Shown here one piece after another: positions 38,210-47,449 of a DNA stretch of 64,000 bases. Position numbers and translations under genes: made by a program. The notes below the pieces were generated by a model that made no database searches, had not been told where the DNA came from, and worked only from the letters and a program-made list of their open reading frames with translations. Every line of letters starts with the position of its first letter. The stretch's first letter is position 1. The stretch is taken from the IMG/VR virus record IMGVR_UViG_3300042484_002457, positions 124,001 to 188,000 of that record. One strand, written 5' to 3'.

Positions 38210-39204
38210 GTTTGATTACAACTGTTGACACAGGCATATAACCTGCCTGTGGAAATACTAGTGTTTTGCCAAGATGCTTCCACCTGATCAAACCACTCCA
38301 TACAATGCTCTAGACTATGCTCAAGAGCATTGTTTTCACGAACCATGTCAGTTAATTGGCTGTTTCCTGGATGTGTCATTTGTCCAGGATAGAATCCCAA
38401 ATAGCAACAGGGATAAACAGATCCATCGGCGGCCAAATATATTTCTCTATTGACTTTGTGTTGACATCTCAAATTCAATTGCTCAGTATCTTTTTGTAGT
38501 TGTATTGTTTTGGCATCAAACCATGTGACATGACTGTGAAGCAAAGCGTCAATAGGTGGCGGTGTTGATGCAGGGCCCAACCAATGCGAAAAGGTGCCAT
38601 CTCGGGCATACACTGGCCCTGCATCGCGGCCATCATAGATGTTTTCAAACCGCGCAAACCCCCACTCCTGGGCCAATCTTTTGCATTCAGCTTCTTGGTG
38701 ACGATTGTGATCAAACGGTACAAATCTCCAAAGTGCTTGCCCCCCAGCATTGATATAGGCACGAGCATTTTCTGTTACTCGATTCCAATCTGTATCTTGA
38801 CGGTACAGTGCGTGGGTGTCAGCAAGGCCGTCCAGAGCAAAGCCTATAGTGACCAAGGGATGGGCCATCTGTGCCCACCAATCAGGGGTTCTTGCTCCCC
38901 CATTGGTGTTGATGTTTACTTGTATGCCCTGACTGCTCAACCACTGCACAATTTCTGCTCCGTCTCGGGCCAGTGCAAAATCTCCAAGATTGCCGTTGAA
39001 ATTTACAGCATAGTTGGAATTGAGTTTTAGTTGGGGTATCAAGGGCTCAATAATATGTTTAAACTCAGGTAGCCTAAGCTCGCATGTGGGATATCCTGAG
39101 TTGTAATCTACCCCGCGGTAGTTTCTTGGGCACATTGGACACCTGGCATTACACCGTGTTGTGAGTTCAACATGAACACGACGTATATCGCTAACTTTCA
39201 GCAT
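38206..39204 (-). CDS. radical SAM protein with SPASM/twitch-like domain
   Basis: CNARCPMC, NTNGG, ADGSVYPCCY; start reassigned to ATG 39204 just after minus-strand TATAAATA. Confidence 0.85.
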   Translation of the reverse strand: MLKVSDIRRVHVELTTRCNARCPMCPRNYRGVDYNSGYPTCELRLPEFKHIIEPLIPQLKLNSNYAVNFNGNLGDFALARDGAEIVQWLSSQGIQVNINTNGGARTPDWWAQMAHPLVTIGFALDGLADTHALYRQDTDWNRVTENARAYINAGGQALWRFVPFDHNRHQEAECKRLAQEWGFARFENIYDGRDAGPVYARDGTFSHWLGPASTPPPIDALLHSHVTWFDAKTIQLQKDTEQLNLRCQHKVNREIYLAADGSVYPCCYLGFYPGQMTHPGNSQLTDMVRENNALEHSLEHCMEWFDQVEASWQNTSISTGRLYACVNSCNQT

Positions 39205-39241
39205 TGGATATTTATAGGCATACATTTTGCTAAATATTATT

Positions 39242-39544
39242 ATGCAAGCTGAATTTATTATTGCCGTGGTAGATGTTTATTGCAAATGGACTGGCGAGCA
39301 CCCACGCTATCGCTGCTATGTTAATGATGAGCTATTTGCCGAGCGCACATGGATATGGCACAACGAGTACCTTGAAGAAGAATTTCAAATTCAAGCGCCA
39401 CCAGGTAACTATAAAATCAGATACGAGCTGGTTGATCCAGCCAATGCCAAGTTAAAAATTCGCAATGTTAGAGTGTGTGTGGGTCCAGCAGTGGTAGACC
39501 CAAATGGCATAGTTCAAATATACACGCCGGAGAAACCACAATGA
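39242..39544 (+). CDS. hypothetical protein
   Basis: ATG 5 nt after TAAATA (39231-39236). Confidence 0.65.
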   Translation: MQAEFIIAVVDVYCKWTGEHPRYRCYVNDELFAERTWIWHNEYLEEEFQIQAPPGNYKIRYELVDPANAKLKIRNVRVCVGPAVVDPNGIVQIYTPEKPQ

Positions 39545-39744
39545 GACTGCGGGAAATTACTGAAAACGTCAGCACTGTAGCAGGATCTTTTGCTCCAGTC
39601 GTTATGCCCATGGGCACTGTGTCAAGAAACGGCGGAGGCTTGCTTTCAGGTAAATATACAACTGATCCTACGCCTAACACGCCCAAGGAATACAAAAGGA
39701 ACAAAAATGCTCGCGGACGCTTTAAAAACTCTCCTGGCAACTGA
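39541..39744 (+). CDS. small putative internal protein
   Basis: MRLREITE start; GGAG upstream. Confidence 0.6.
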   Translation: MRLREITENVSTVAGSFAPVVMPMGTVSRNGGGLLSGKYTTDPTPNTPKEYKRNKNARGRFKNSPGN

Positions 39745-40150
39745 ATACGCATTCGTAATCAAGGCCCAGCTATTTCACTGGAATGTGGAGGGTCCAGACT
39801 TTGCTCAACTGCACAAGTTCTTTGGCAAGATCTACGACGAAGTGTACGAAAATTCTATAGATCAAACCGCAGAGTTTATCCGCATTTTAGATGACTACAC
39901 TCCTGGCAGCTTTGAACGTTTTGGTGAGCTGTCTACAATTTCTGGCCAAACCAAGATTCCGCGTGCTCGACTCATGATTGAAGAGTTGTATGCCAACAAC
40001 GATCAAATGATAGACTTACTGAACAAAACATTCCAAATTGCTGAACAAGAAAATCAGCAAGGCATCATGGACTTCCTGGCCGCTCGCATTGACGCACACG
40101 GCAAGCACGGTTGGATGTTGAGAAGTTTTTTGAAAGACGCTAGAGCATGA
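39707..40150 (+). CDS. dps: Dps/ferritin-like DNA starvation protein
   Basis: FHWNVEGPDFAQLHKFF...DQTAEFIR...HGWMLRS; start ATG 39707. Confidence 0.9.
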   Translation: MLADALKTLLATEYAFVIKAQLFHWNVEGPDFAQLHKFFGKIYDEVYENSIDQTAEFIRILDDYTPGSFERFGELSTISGQTKIPRARLMIEELYANNDQMIDLLNKTFQIAEQENQQGIMDFLAARIDAHGKHGWMLRSFLKDARA

Positions 40151-40884
40151 GTTCATCAGACATTAGAGATATACTAAGCCGACTGTCATCACTGGAGGAG
40201 TCTCAATTGACTCCAACTTCGGTTCGGCACGGATTAAATCCACAACAGAAAAAAGCAGGGCAACTACCTGCACTGTTCAAACCCAAGGATATAAGTCCCA
40301 CACTTACAAAGAAACCCTATCAAAAGCATCCCATGGACGGCAAGCTGGTTGGCGACAGTGTAGAGCCAAAAAAGAATCCGCTTGAAGAAGCCATGCAAGA
40401 AGTTGAAGAAGACATGCTCAGCAAGGTCAAATCAACTTTTGTTGATTATCTTGAGCAATTAGAAGATAAAAACAAAATTGACAGTCGCTTGGTGCGCAAA
40501 GCCAAGGCTGAACTCAACATTGATGACGATCCACAAACTGAAGAAGTTGATGGCGGCGCAACCTGGGACGCTGATGTGGCCCCCCCAAGTGATCCTGGTG
40601 ATACAGAAACTGCACACGGGCTGGAAGATCATATAGCCGCTGCGGTGAGTCAGCCAGCAGCACCTGTTGCAACCATGGAAATGGTTGCACAATTTGAAGG
40701 TCACGATGGTATCCCGTTTGAATGCTGGGGCGACAACGATCAAGGATACGAAATACGACGCCAAGACAAAGCATTACCCACACGCTTTAAATCGCCAGGC
40801 GAGGCAGAAGTAGCAGTAAAGTTGTTTCAACAAAGAAGAAAGAAGCAACAGGACTTGAGTCAAGATTATATAGAAGAACGCTGA
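40147..40884 (+). CDS. acidic hypothetical protein
   Basis: 245-aa ORF with ATGA overlap. Confidence 0.7.
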   Translation: MSSSDIRDILSRLSSLEESQLTPTSVRHGLNPQQKKAGQLPALFKPKDISPTLTKKPYQKHPMDGKLVGDSVEPKKNPLEEAMQEVEEDMLSKVKSTFVDYLEQLEDKNKIDSRLVRKAKAELNIDDDPQTEEVDGGATWDADVAPPSDPGDTETAHGLEDHIAAAVSQPAAPVATMEMVAQFEGHDGIPFECWGDNDQGYEIRRQDKALPTRFKSPGEAEVAVKLFQQRRKKQQDLSQDYIEER

Positions 40885-40885
40885 T

Positions 40886-43591
40886 ATGTACATTACACAA
40901 CTATTACCACAACAAACGTCTAGCATTCGTAGACTAGACGAAAGTGTCCTATTAGAAGATCCAGTATACCGCAAGTTCAAGACTGTGGGTCGTTACATTG
41001 CTGAACGCCGCATGAGCGAAAAAGAAATTCTACAAGTATTTGCAGACGCCGAAGCAGGCATGACTGACAAAGCTACCGGAGCCAACCGTACTATGTTAGG
41101 CCGTGGCAAAGATACCACCATGGACTTTGCTGGCGGTGTAAAAGACGCAGTGTCTAGTGTACTCAACAGCATACAGAATTCAGTTCCTGTTGCCGCAGTA
41201 GATGTTGCTTATGACCAAGCCACTGACGCTTTGGCCAATATGGCTGGCGGACAAAAAGGCAAAGTCATGCAGGCCATCAAAGGCTATCGCAACTTGGTCA
41301 AACAGTATCCTAAAACAGCAGGCTTTGCCAAAGCAGCCTTGGTTGCTATCGCTGGTCTAGCCACAGGCGGTGCAGGGTTGCCTGCTATTGCAGGTTTGAC
41401 CTATGCACTGGATTCGGCTATCCGTGGAGATAAACTATCCAGCGTTCTTGGCAAAGGTGCTGGCGCTACTGCTGTTACTTGGGGCGGTCAACAAGTGGCC
41501 GGTGCTTTGGGCGGTGGAGATGCTGCTACTCCTGATTCAAATTCTCAAGGTCCAAATGTTGATGATAGAATTGATGCTGCTAGAGCAAGAGTTGACGCAG
41601 CCAATTCCAAATTAGGAATAGACGGGTCTGCACAGAACTACGATGTTACAGGTAATGTCAGTCAGGCTGCCGGAGTTGATACACCTTTGCCACAAGGTGC
41701 CACAGTAAGATGCCCGTTGGGATCATGCAATGGTGATGCATGGCAAGTGAAGCCTGGCGAAACTTTTAGCGATATTGCACAACAAATTGGTGTGCCACCA
41801 GAAGAGCTAGTTAAACTGAATCCTGGGCTTGCTGGACCTGGCGGCACTTATACTGTGATGAAAGGTGACCAACTGGGATTTATTGCTCAAGCGCAAGGAA
41901 CAACACCCGAAGCAATTCGCGCAGCAAATCCAGATATTAATTTTTCCAAGGCATTGCAGCAAGGACAAGAAATCAATTTACCTGCTGCTGGTACTCCTGG
42001 TCAAGGCAGTGTGTGGGCAGATTACAAGGGCGGCATGTATGGAGACAAAGCAGCCGCGCAAACAGCAGGTTCTGGCACAGGATCTGTTGGACCAACAAAT
42101 CTTGGACCAAATTTTAATCCGGACAATGTTCCTGCAGGTTGGACAATGAAACAAGCACCTAGTCCAATAGACACAACTGCTGGAACTACTCAACGTTATA
42201 TTCCACAGTCTGATGGTACTTGGATTGATGCTAGCACGGGCAAAGTTGCAGATGCTGCTAAACTACAAGCATCGCAGGACGCTGTGAGAAATGCGTTGCG
42301 CACAGGATTTAAAGAATCTATCAAGTTTAAAACACTGCCAGTTGACAAATTAATTGATCACAAACTCACTGTAATGTCTTGGGCACTAAATGAAAGTGTA
42401 GGCAAACCACAAGGTCAAAGCGTACAGCTGACCACTGCTGGTACCTACACAGTGTTTGAAAACGTTGACCGATATCGCAAGGCCGTCATGGAACTCAAAG
42501 GTGTGCCAGGCAGCACACGCCCAGCTCAATATCGACCAGACATGTCCGGCGGCGCCGGCGTGAAATCCAAGCCAGGGATTGTTGGCAAAGGCCTTAACTG
42601 GTTAGACAAAACTGCAGGCAAAGTAGGCGGAGCACTGAGCAATTTTGGACATCAGTTTACTACTAACGTCACAAAAGAAAAACTCAAGATGAACTGGCAC
42701 CAGGCCGGCAAGCCCAGTGATTCAGATCAATTGGCTGCTTGGTTAGCCAAACAAGGTGTGCCACAAGACGTTGTTACCAGTGTGTATAGCAAGATGGGTA
42801 TTCCTGTTAGTGCGCCAAGTCCAGTCCCAACACCTGAGCCTGCGCCAATGGATACTAATCCCGCACCAACACCGTCTCCAACACCTGTATCGATAAATCG
42901 TTCAGGCATTGGAAGAATAGCAGGATCAACTGAAGTTGCGTCAGGCTTGATAAATCCCAAAACTAAAAAACCATACACTTATCAAGAACTCAGAGCCATG
43001 GGCAGCGAACCAGAGACTGCACCAACTACTCCAACTACGCCAAGTACAACACCAACAGTTGCCCCAGTAGGTTACAACGCCAAGAACGTTATGAACCTGC
43101 CAGGCATGGAAAAATATGCCAAGCAGCCTGCAGCGCCGGCCAAGACAGCCAACTTTGGCGTACCCAATGCATACAGCAAAACTACTACCACAGTTAAACC
43201 CATGGCTGGGGTACCTGGTGCCAAGACTGCTACACCAGCAGCACCTGTTGCACCAGCAGCACCTGCAGCGCCTGGCGTACCAGCAGCACCTACAATGAAA
43301 ATTGGTGGCCAGGCCTTGAATCCAAAGAATCCCGCCGATAAAAAGATCATTGACAAAGTACAAGCACAGGCTGAAAAAGTAGCAGAAGCTCTTGAAATAC
43401 CTGTGTCCAAAATGCTAGACCTAGTTGAGACAAAAGAAGATGTGCGCCAGATTAAAAATTTCATTGATCAGACCTTTGTAAAATATGGTATGATAGGCGA
43501 AAGTGCATTTGTTGTTCGTAACAAATTGATTGAGCACGTGACACATGTTGGCGCACAACGCCGTAGAGAGTTTGCCCGCAAGAACAGCTGA
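40886..43591 (+). CDS. large virion-type protein with a hydrophobic segment, two LysM domains and Pro/Ala/Thr-rich linkers
   Basis: WQVKPGETFSDIAQQIGV...LNP and YTVMKGDQLGFIAQAQGTT...ANPDI; ALVAIAGLATGGAGLPAIAGL. Confidence 0.75.
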   Translation: MYITQLLPQQTSSIRRLDESVLLEDPVYRKFKTVGRYIAERRMSEKEILQVFADAEAGMTDKATGANRTMLGRGKDTTMDFAGGVKDAVSSVLNSIQNSVPVAAVDVAYDQATDALANMAGGQKGKVMQAIKGYRNLVKQYPKTAGFAKAALVAIAGLATGGAGLPAIAGLTYALDSAIRGDKLSSVLGKGAGATAVTWGGQQVAGALGGGDAATPDSNSQGPNVDDRIDAARARVDAANSKLGIDGSAQNYDVTGNVSQAAGVDTPLPQGATVRCPLGSCNGDAWQVKPGETFSDIAQQIGVPPEELVKLNPGLAGPGGTYTVMKGDQLGFIAQAQGTTPEAIRAANPDINFSKALQQGQEINLPAAGTPGQGSVWADYKGGMYGDKAAAQTAGSGTGSVGPTNLGPNFNPDNVPAGWTMKQAPSPIDTTAGTTQRYIPQSDGTWIDASTGKVADAAKLQASQDAVRNALRTGFKESIKFKTLPVDKLIDHKLTVMSWALNESVGKPQGQSVQLTTAGTYTVFENVDRYRKAVMELKGVPGSTRPAQYRPDMSGGAGVKSKPGIVGKGLNWLDKTAGKVGGALSNFGHQFTTNVTKEKLKMNWHQAGKPSDSDQLAAWLAKQGVPQDVVTSVYSKMGIPVSAPSPVPTPEPAPMDTNPAPTPSPTPVSINRSGIGRIAGSTEVASGLINPKTKKPYTYQELRAMGSEPETAPTTPTTPSTTPTVAPVGYNAKNVMNLPGMEKYAKQPAAPAKTANFGVPNAYSKTTTTVKPMAGVPGAKTATPAAPVAPAAPAAPGVPAAPTMKIGGQALNPKNPADKKIIDKVQAQAEKVAEALEIPVSKMLDLVETKEDVRQIKNFIDQTFVKYGMIGESAFVVRNKLIEHVTHVGAQRRREFARKNS

Positions 43592-43686
43592 ACACACCTT
43601 AGGACCGGTACTTGTTACCGTAAGTGTGAGGCGGCTGCTGCCTTGGAATTGAACGATTCGCTACCTAGTAAATTCCTAAAACGAGC
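43592..43686. ncRNA. candidate structured intergenic RNA
   Basis: Four compact helices visible by eye in a ~95-nt intergenic stretch. Confidence 0.45.
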
Positions 43687-43697
43687 ATATACATCCC

Positions 43698-43725
43698 GCA
43701 GCGGCTTGACCAAGGCCGCTGTTTT
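43698..43725 (+). terminator. rho-independent terminator overlapping a TTGACC...TATACT promoter
   Basis: CAGCGGC-TTGACCAAG-GCCGCTG-TTTT; TATACT at 43730. Confidence 0.65.
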
Positions 43726-43758
43726 CATTTATACTAGTACTTTACAACAGGAGGTCCT

Positions 43759-44019
43759 ATGTCGGACAAAACTTTTAACGGCGATCAAAAAATCAAACTG
43801 ATAACTATCATCAATGAGGGCATGGCAGTCATGCACGAAATTGAAACACTGCAAGGTGGCCTCAATGACACCATCAAAGCTGTGGCCGAAGAACTGGAAG
43901 TCAAGCCAGCTATTCTCAAGAAGGCAATCAAACTTGCACACAAAGCTGAATTTGGCAAAGAGAAACAAGACCACGAAACTCTAGAAACTATTCTTGAAAC
44001 AGTGGGGCGCACATTGTAA
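43759..44019 (+). CDS. T4 DsbA/GapR-like dsDNA-binding protein
   Basis: 86 aa helical; DTIKAVAEELEVKPAILKKAIKLAHK; GGAGG RBS. Confidence 0.6.
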   Translation: MSDKTFNGDQKIKLITIINEGMAVMHEIETLQGGLNDTIKAVAEELEVKPAILKKAIKLAHKAEFGKEKQDHETLETILETVGRTL

Positions 44020-44655
44020 TTAATTTTTAGAAGCAGCTCTTCTCTGGTGTGCTAGTCTCATACGTTCTTTGGTCTCCGCAGAATGCGTTTTTCCTAGCAT
44101 GCCCGACACTTTAGGTTTTTTACTGTATGTCTCTCTAAGAGACTCTTTAATTTTCTTTTTTGTTTCTTCCGATCGCATCGATTTGCTACGCGAATTTCCA
44201 ATTAGTGATTTACTAATTTTTTCCTTAGTTTCATCACTGGTTATTTGCAAGGCTCGTTTATTGCGAATTTTTTGTTTGATTTTCTCAGATAGCATTTTGC
44301 CTGTTTGAGCAAGACGAATACTATTCTTGTGTTCTTCACTAAGTGATTCGCACTTGAATCGATTTTTTCCGTGAAAACAAGATCGATTCAATAGTAAATT
44401 GCTACCCCAGTTTTCAAATATCAATTGCTGTTCAAAATCGTATGCATCATTGCCAGTATAAAACTCTGCAATAATATACCATACATAATCATCAAAGTTG
44501 TTAGAAACAATAAGGGATGATGTTTTATAATACATAAAATCTACATTAGATGGTAATGTGTTGGCTTCTCTGTAGCCGATATAAAATTCTTTTGATTCTT
44601 TATGAATGCACATATAAACATACGGCATTGCCTTCGTTGATGGATAAGTATTCAT
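44020..44655 (-). CDS. GIY-YIG-like homing endonuclease with NUMOD3 repeats
   Basis: PYVYMC...FYIGYR, repeated SEETKKKI / GKTHSAETKERM; ATG 44655 behind AAGGAG. Confidence 0.8.
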   Translation of the reverse strand: MNTYPSTKAMPYVYMCIHKESKEFYIGYREANTLPSNVDFMYYKTSSLIVSNNFDDYVWYIIAEFYTGNDAYDFEQQLIFENWGSNLLLNRSCFHGKNRFKCESLSEEHKNSIRLAQTGKMLSEKIKQKIRNKRALQITSDETKEKISKSLIGNSRSKSMRSEETKKKIKESLRETYSKKPKVSGMLGKTHSAETKERMRLAHQRRAASKN

Positions 44656-44723
44656 GCTGATTGCTCCTTTTAGCATTAGAGCCGGTGGATGCGTCCAACA
44701 TCGCGACTGGCAACTTTATTTAT
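44653..44723 (-). promoter_or_regulatory. conserved structured leader upstream of the endonuclease gene (copy B)
   Basis: Closely similar to 26191-26262. Confidence 0.75.
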
Positions 44724-44785
44724 CTTTTAAATTGTATTTAGACTGCGTTTAGTTTATACTCTTAACTTAATATTGGAGAATTATC

Positions 44786-47449
44786 ATTAGCTACGTAGAC
44801 AGTTTATTTGATCGTGAGCACGATCGCATTCATGTTGTTGAGCGCCGTGATGGTGTTCGCAAATATCAAGAATACCCGGCCAATTATGTTTTTTATTACG
44901 ACGACCCACGTGGCAAGTTCAAAAGCATTTATAGTACGCCAGTATCAAGATTCAGCACACGCAACAACAAAGAGTTTCGCAAAGAAGTTCGCATGCATTC
45001 CGGCAAGCAACTTTACGAAAGCGACATCAACCCTATCTTTAGGTGCTTGGAAGAAAACTACAAAGATGTCGATGCTCCAGAACTGCACACAGCATTTTTC
45101 GACATTGAAGTAGATTTTGATAAAGTTCGGGGTTTTAGTCCTGTTGAAGATCCATTCAATCCTATCACTGCAATTTCTGTTTATCTAGATTGGTTGGATC
45201 AGTTAATAACCTTGGCGGTGCCGCCCAAGGGCCTGAGTTGGGAAACTGCGCAAGATTTGGTCAAAGAATTTGATAATACTATTCTGTTTGATAACGAAGC
45301 AGACATGATCAAAACTTTTCTTGATCTCATTGACGATGCAGACGTACTGTCAGGTTGGAACTCGGAAGGTTATGACATTCCGTACACTGTAAACAGAACC
45401 ATACGTATTCTCAGCAAAGACGATACTCGTAAGTTTTGTTTATGGGGGCAGTTGCCCAAGAAGCGCATGTTCGAACGCTTTGGTGCTGAACAAGAAACTT
45501 ATGACTTGGTGGGCCGTGTTCACATGGACTATATGCAGTTGTACCGCAAGTACACTTATGAAGAACGGCACAGCTACAGCTTGGACGCCATTGCTGAATA
45601 CGAGCTAGGTGAACGCAAAACACAGTTTGAAGGTACACTGGATTCCTTGTATAATCAACACTTCAAGACATTTATTGAATACAACCGTCAAGATACCTTG
45701 TTGTTAAACAAGCTGGACAAGAAATTGCGATTCCTGGAACTGGCCAGCGAACTGGCACATGCCAACACTGTGCTACTACAGACCACCATGGGCGCTGTGG
45801 CAGTTACCGAACAGGCCATTATCAACGAAGCACACGAACGTGGCATGGTTGTGCCCAATCGCAAACAGCGACTGGACAGTGAAGACACACAAGCAGCTGG
45901 AGCATATGTTGCATATCCCAAAAAAGGCATGCACGAGTGGGTGGGATCAGTAGACATTAACTCACTGTATCCGTCGGCCATTCGAGCCATGAACATGGGC
46001 CCCGAGACTGTGATTGGACAGTTGCGACCCATCATGACTGACAGGTATATTGCAGACAAAATGGCCAAGAACCGTGGCAACTTTGCTGACGCCTGGGAAG
46101 GCTTGTTTGGATCGCTTGAATACACTGCTGTGATGGAACAGAATCGTGGCACTGAAATCATCATCGACTGGGAGTCAGGCCAAGAAACCAAGCACAGTGC
46201 CGCTGAAGTTTGGAACTTGATGTTTGACAGTAACCAGCCTTGGATTTTGACTGCAAACGGTACTATTCTAAGTTTTGAGAAACGAGGTATCATTCCTGGT
46301 TTGCTGGAGCGTTGGTATAGTGAACGTAAAGAAATGCAGGCCAAGAAAAAAGATGCCACTGATCCCAAAGAGATTGCGTTCTGGGACAAGCGACAACTGG
46401 TCAAAAAGATTAACTTGAACAGCTTGTATGGTGCTATTTTGAATCCAGGTTGCAGATTCTTTGACAAACGCATTGGACAGTCAACCACACTCACTGGTCG
46501 AGCAATTGCTAGACACATGGATGCTTACATCAATGAATGTGTAACTGGCAAGTACGACCACCTGGGCGAAGCAGTGATTTATGGTGACACAGACTCATGC
46601 TATTTCTCAGCCTGGCCGGTGCTACAGAAGGAAGTTGAACAAGGACGTATGGAGTGGAGCAAGGAAACTTGTATTGCACTGTATGATTCAATTGCAGACC
46701 AAGTCAACGAAAGCTTTCCTACATTCATGGAACAGGCATTTCATTGTCCCAGAGACATGGGCTCATTGATCAAGTGTGGTCGAGAAATGGTTGCAGATCG
46801 CAGTTTGTTTATCACAAAGAAACGCTATGCCGTAAACATCATTGATCTAGAAGGCAAACGACTAGATGTCAATGGCAAGATTGGCAAGACCAAGGCCACT
46901 GGCTTGGACTTGAAACGTAGTGATACACCCAAAGTTATTCAAGACTTCTTGTTGGAAATTCTAAATAGTCTGTTGGCAGGCGCTGACAAAGATACTATTG
47001 TAGAAAAAATTCGTGAGTTCAAATACAAGTTTATGGAACGCCCGGGTTGGGAAAAAGGCTCACCCAAGCGTGTGAACAACTTGACCAAGTACGCTGCTGA
47101 CGAAGCACGTGAAGGCAAAGCAAACATGCCTGGTCATGTGCGAGCAGCACTGAACTGGAACAACCTGCGTAGAATGAACTCGGACAACTACAGTATGCAG
47201 ATTGTGGATGGTATGAAAACCATTGTGTGCAAGCTCAAGAGCAATGCACTGGGCTGGACGTCAATTGGTTATCCCACAGATGAACAACGTTTGCCTGCTT
47301 GGTTTACAGAATTGCCGTTTGATAACGACCTCATGGAAGCCACTGTTGTGGACAAAAAAGTTGACAACTTGTTGGGTGTACTAGAATGGGATCTAGCCTC
47401 AGCAACCAATACTGAAAATACATTTACATCATTGTTTAGCTTTGAATGA
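44786..47449 (+). CDS. family B DNA polymerase (T4 gp43-like), probable ATT start
   Basis: Exonuclease motifs FDIEVD, GWNSEGYDIPY, YNRQD; polymerase motifs DINSLYPS, KINLNSLYG, YGDTDS; frame open 69 codons upstream of ATG 44993 to an ATT 7 nt after GGAG. Confidence 0.93.
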   Translation: MSYVDSLFDREHDRIHVVERRDGVRKYQEYPANYVFYYDDPRGKFKSIYSTPVSRFSTRNNKEFRKEVRMHSGKQLYESDINPIFRCLEENYKDVDAPELHTAFFDIEVDFDKVRGFSPVEDPFNPITAISVYLDWLDQLITLAVPPKGLSWETAQDLVKEFDNTILFDNEADMIKTFLDLIDDADVLSGWNSEGYDIPYTVNRTIRILSKDDTRKFCLWGQLPKKRMFERFGAEQETYDLVGRVHMDYMQLYRKYTYEERHSYSLDAIAEYELGERKTQFEGTLDSLYNQHFKTFIEYNRQDTLLLNKLDKKLRFLELASELAHANTVLLQTTMGAVAVTEQAIINEAHERGMVVPNRKQRLDSEDTQAAGAYVAYPKKGMHEWVGSVDINSLYPSAIRAMNMGPETVIGQLRPIMTDRYIADKMAKNRGNFADAWEGLFGSLEYTAVMEQNRGTEIIIDWESGQETKHSAAEVWNLMFDSNQPWILTANGTILSFEKRGIIPGLLERWYSERKEMQAKKKDATDPKEIAFWDKRQLVKKINLNSLYGAILNPGCRFFDKRIGQSTTLTGRAIARHMDAYINECVTGKYDHLGEAVIYGDTDSCYFSAWPVLQKEVEQGRMEWSKETCIALYDSIADQVNESFPTFMEQAFHCPRDMGSLIKCGREMVADRSLFITKKRYAVNIIDLEGKRLDVNGKIGKTKATGLDLKRSDTPKVIQDFLLEILNSLLAGADKDTIVEKIREFKYKFMERPGWEKGSPKRVNNLTKYAADEAREGKANMPGHVRAALNWNNLRRMNSDNYSMQIVDGMKTIVCKLKSNALGWTSIGYPTDEQRLPAWFTELPFDNDLMEATVVDKKVDNLLGVLEWDLASATNTENTFTSLFSFE

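Noticed and set aside
44020-47449. Intron or intein splitting the DNA polymerase
   Set aside because: The polymerase frame is continuous with all motifs. The endonuclease is upstream, antisense and free-standing, and no intein or group I core motifs were recognised.
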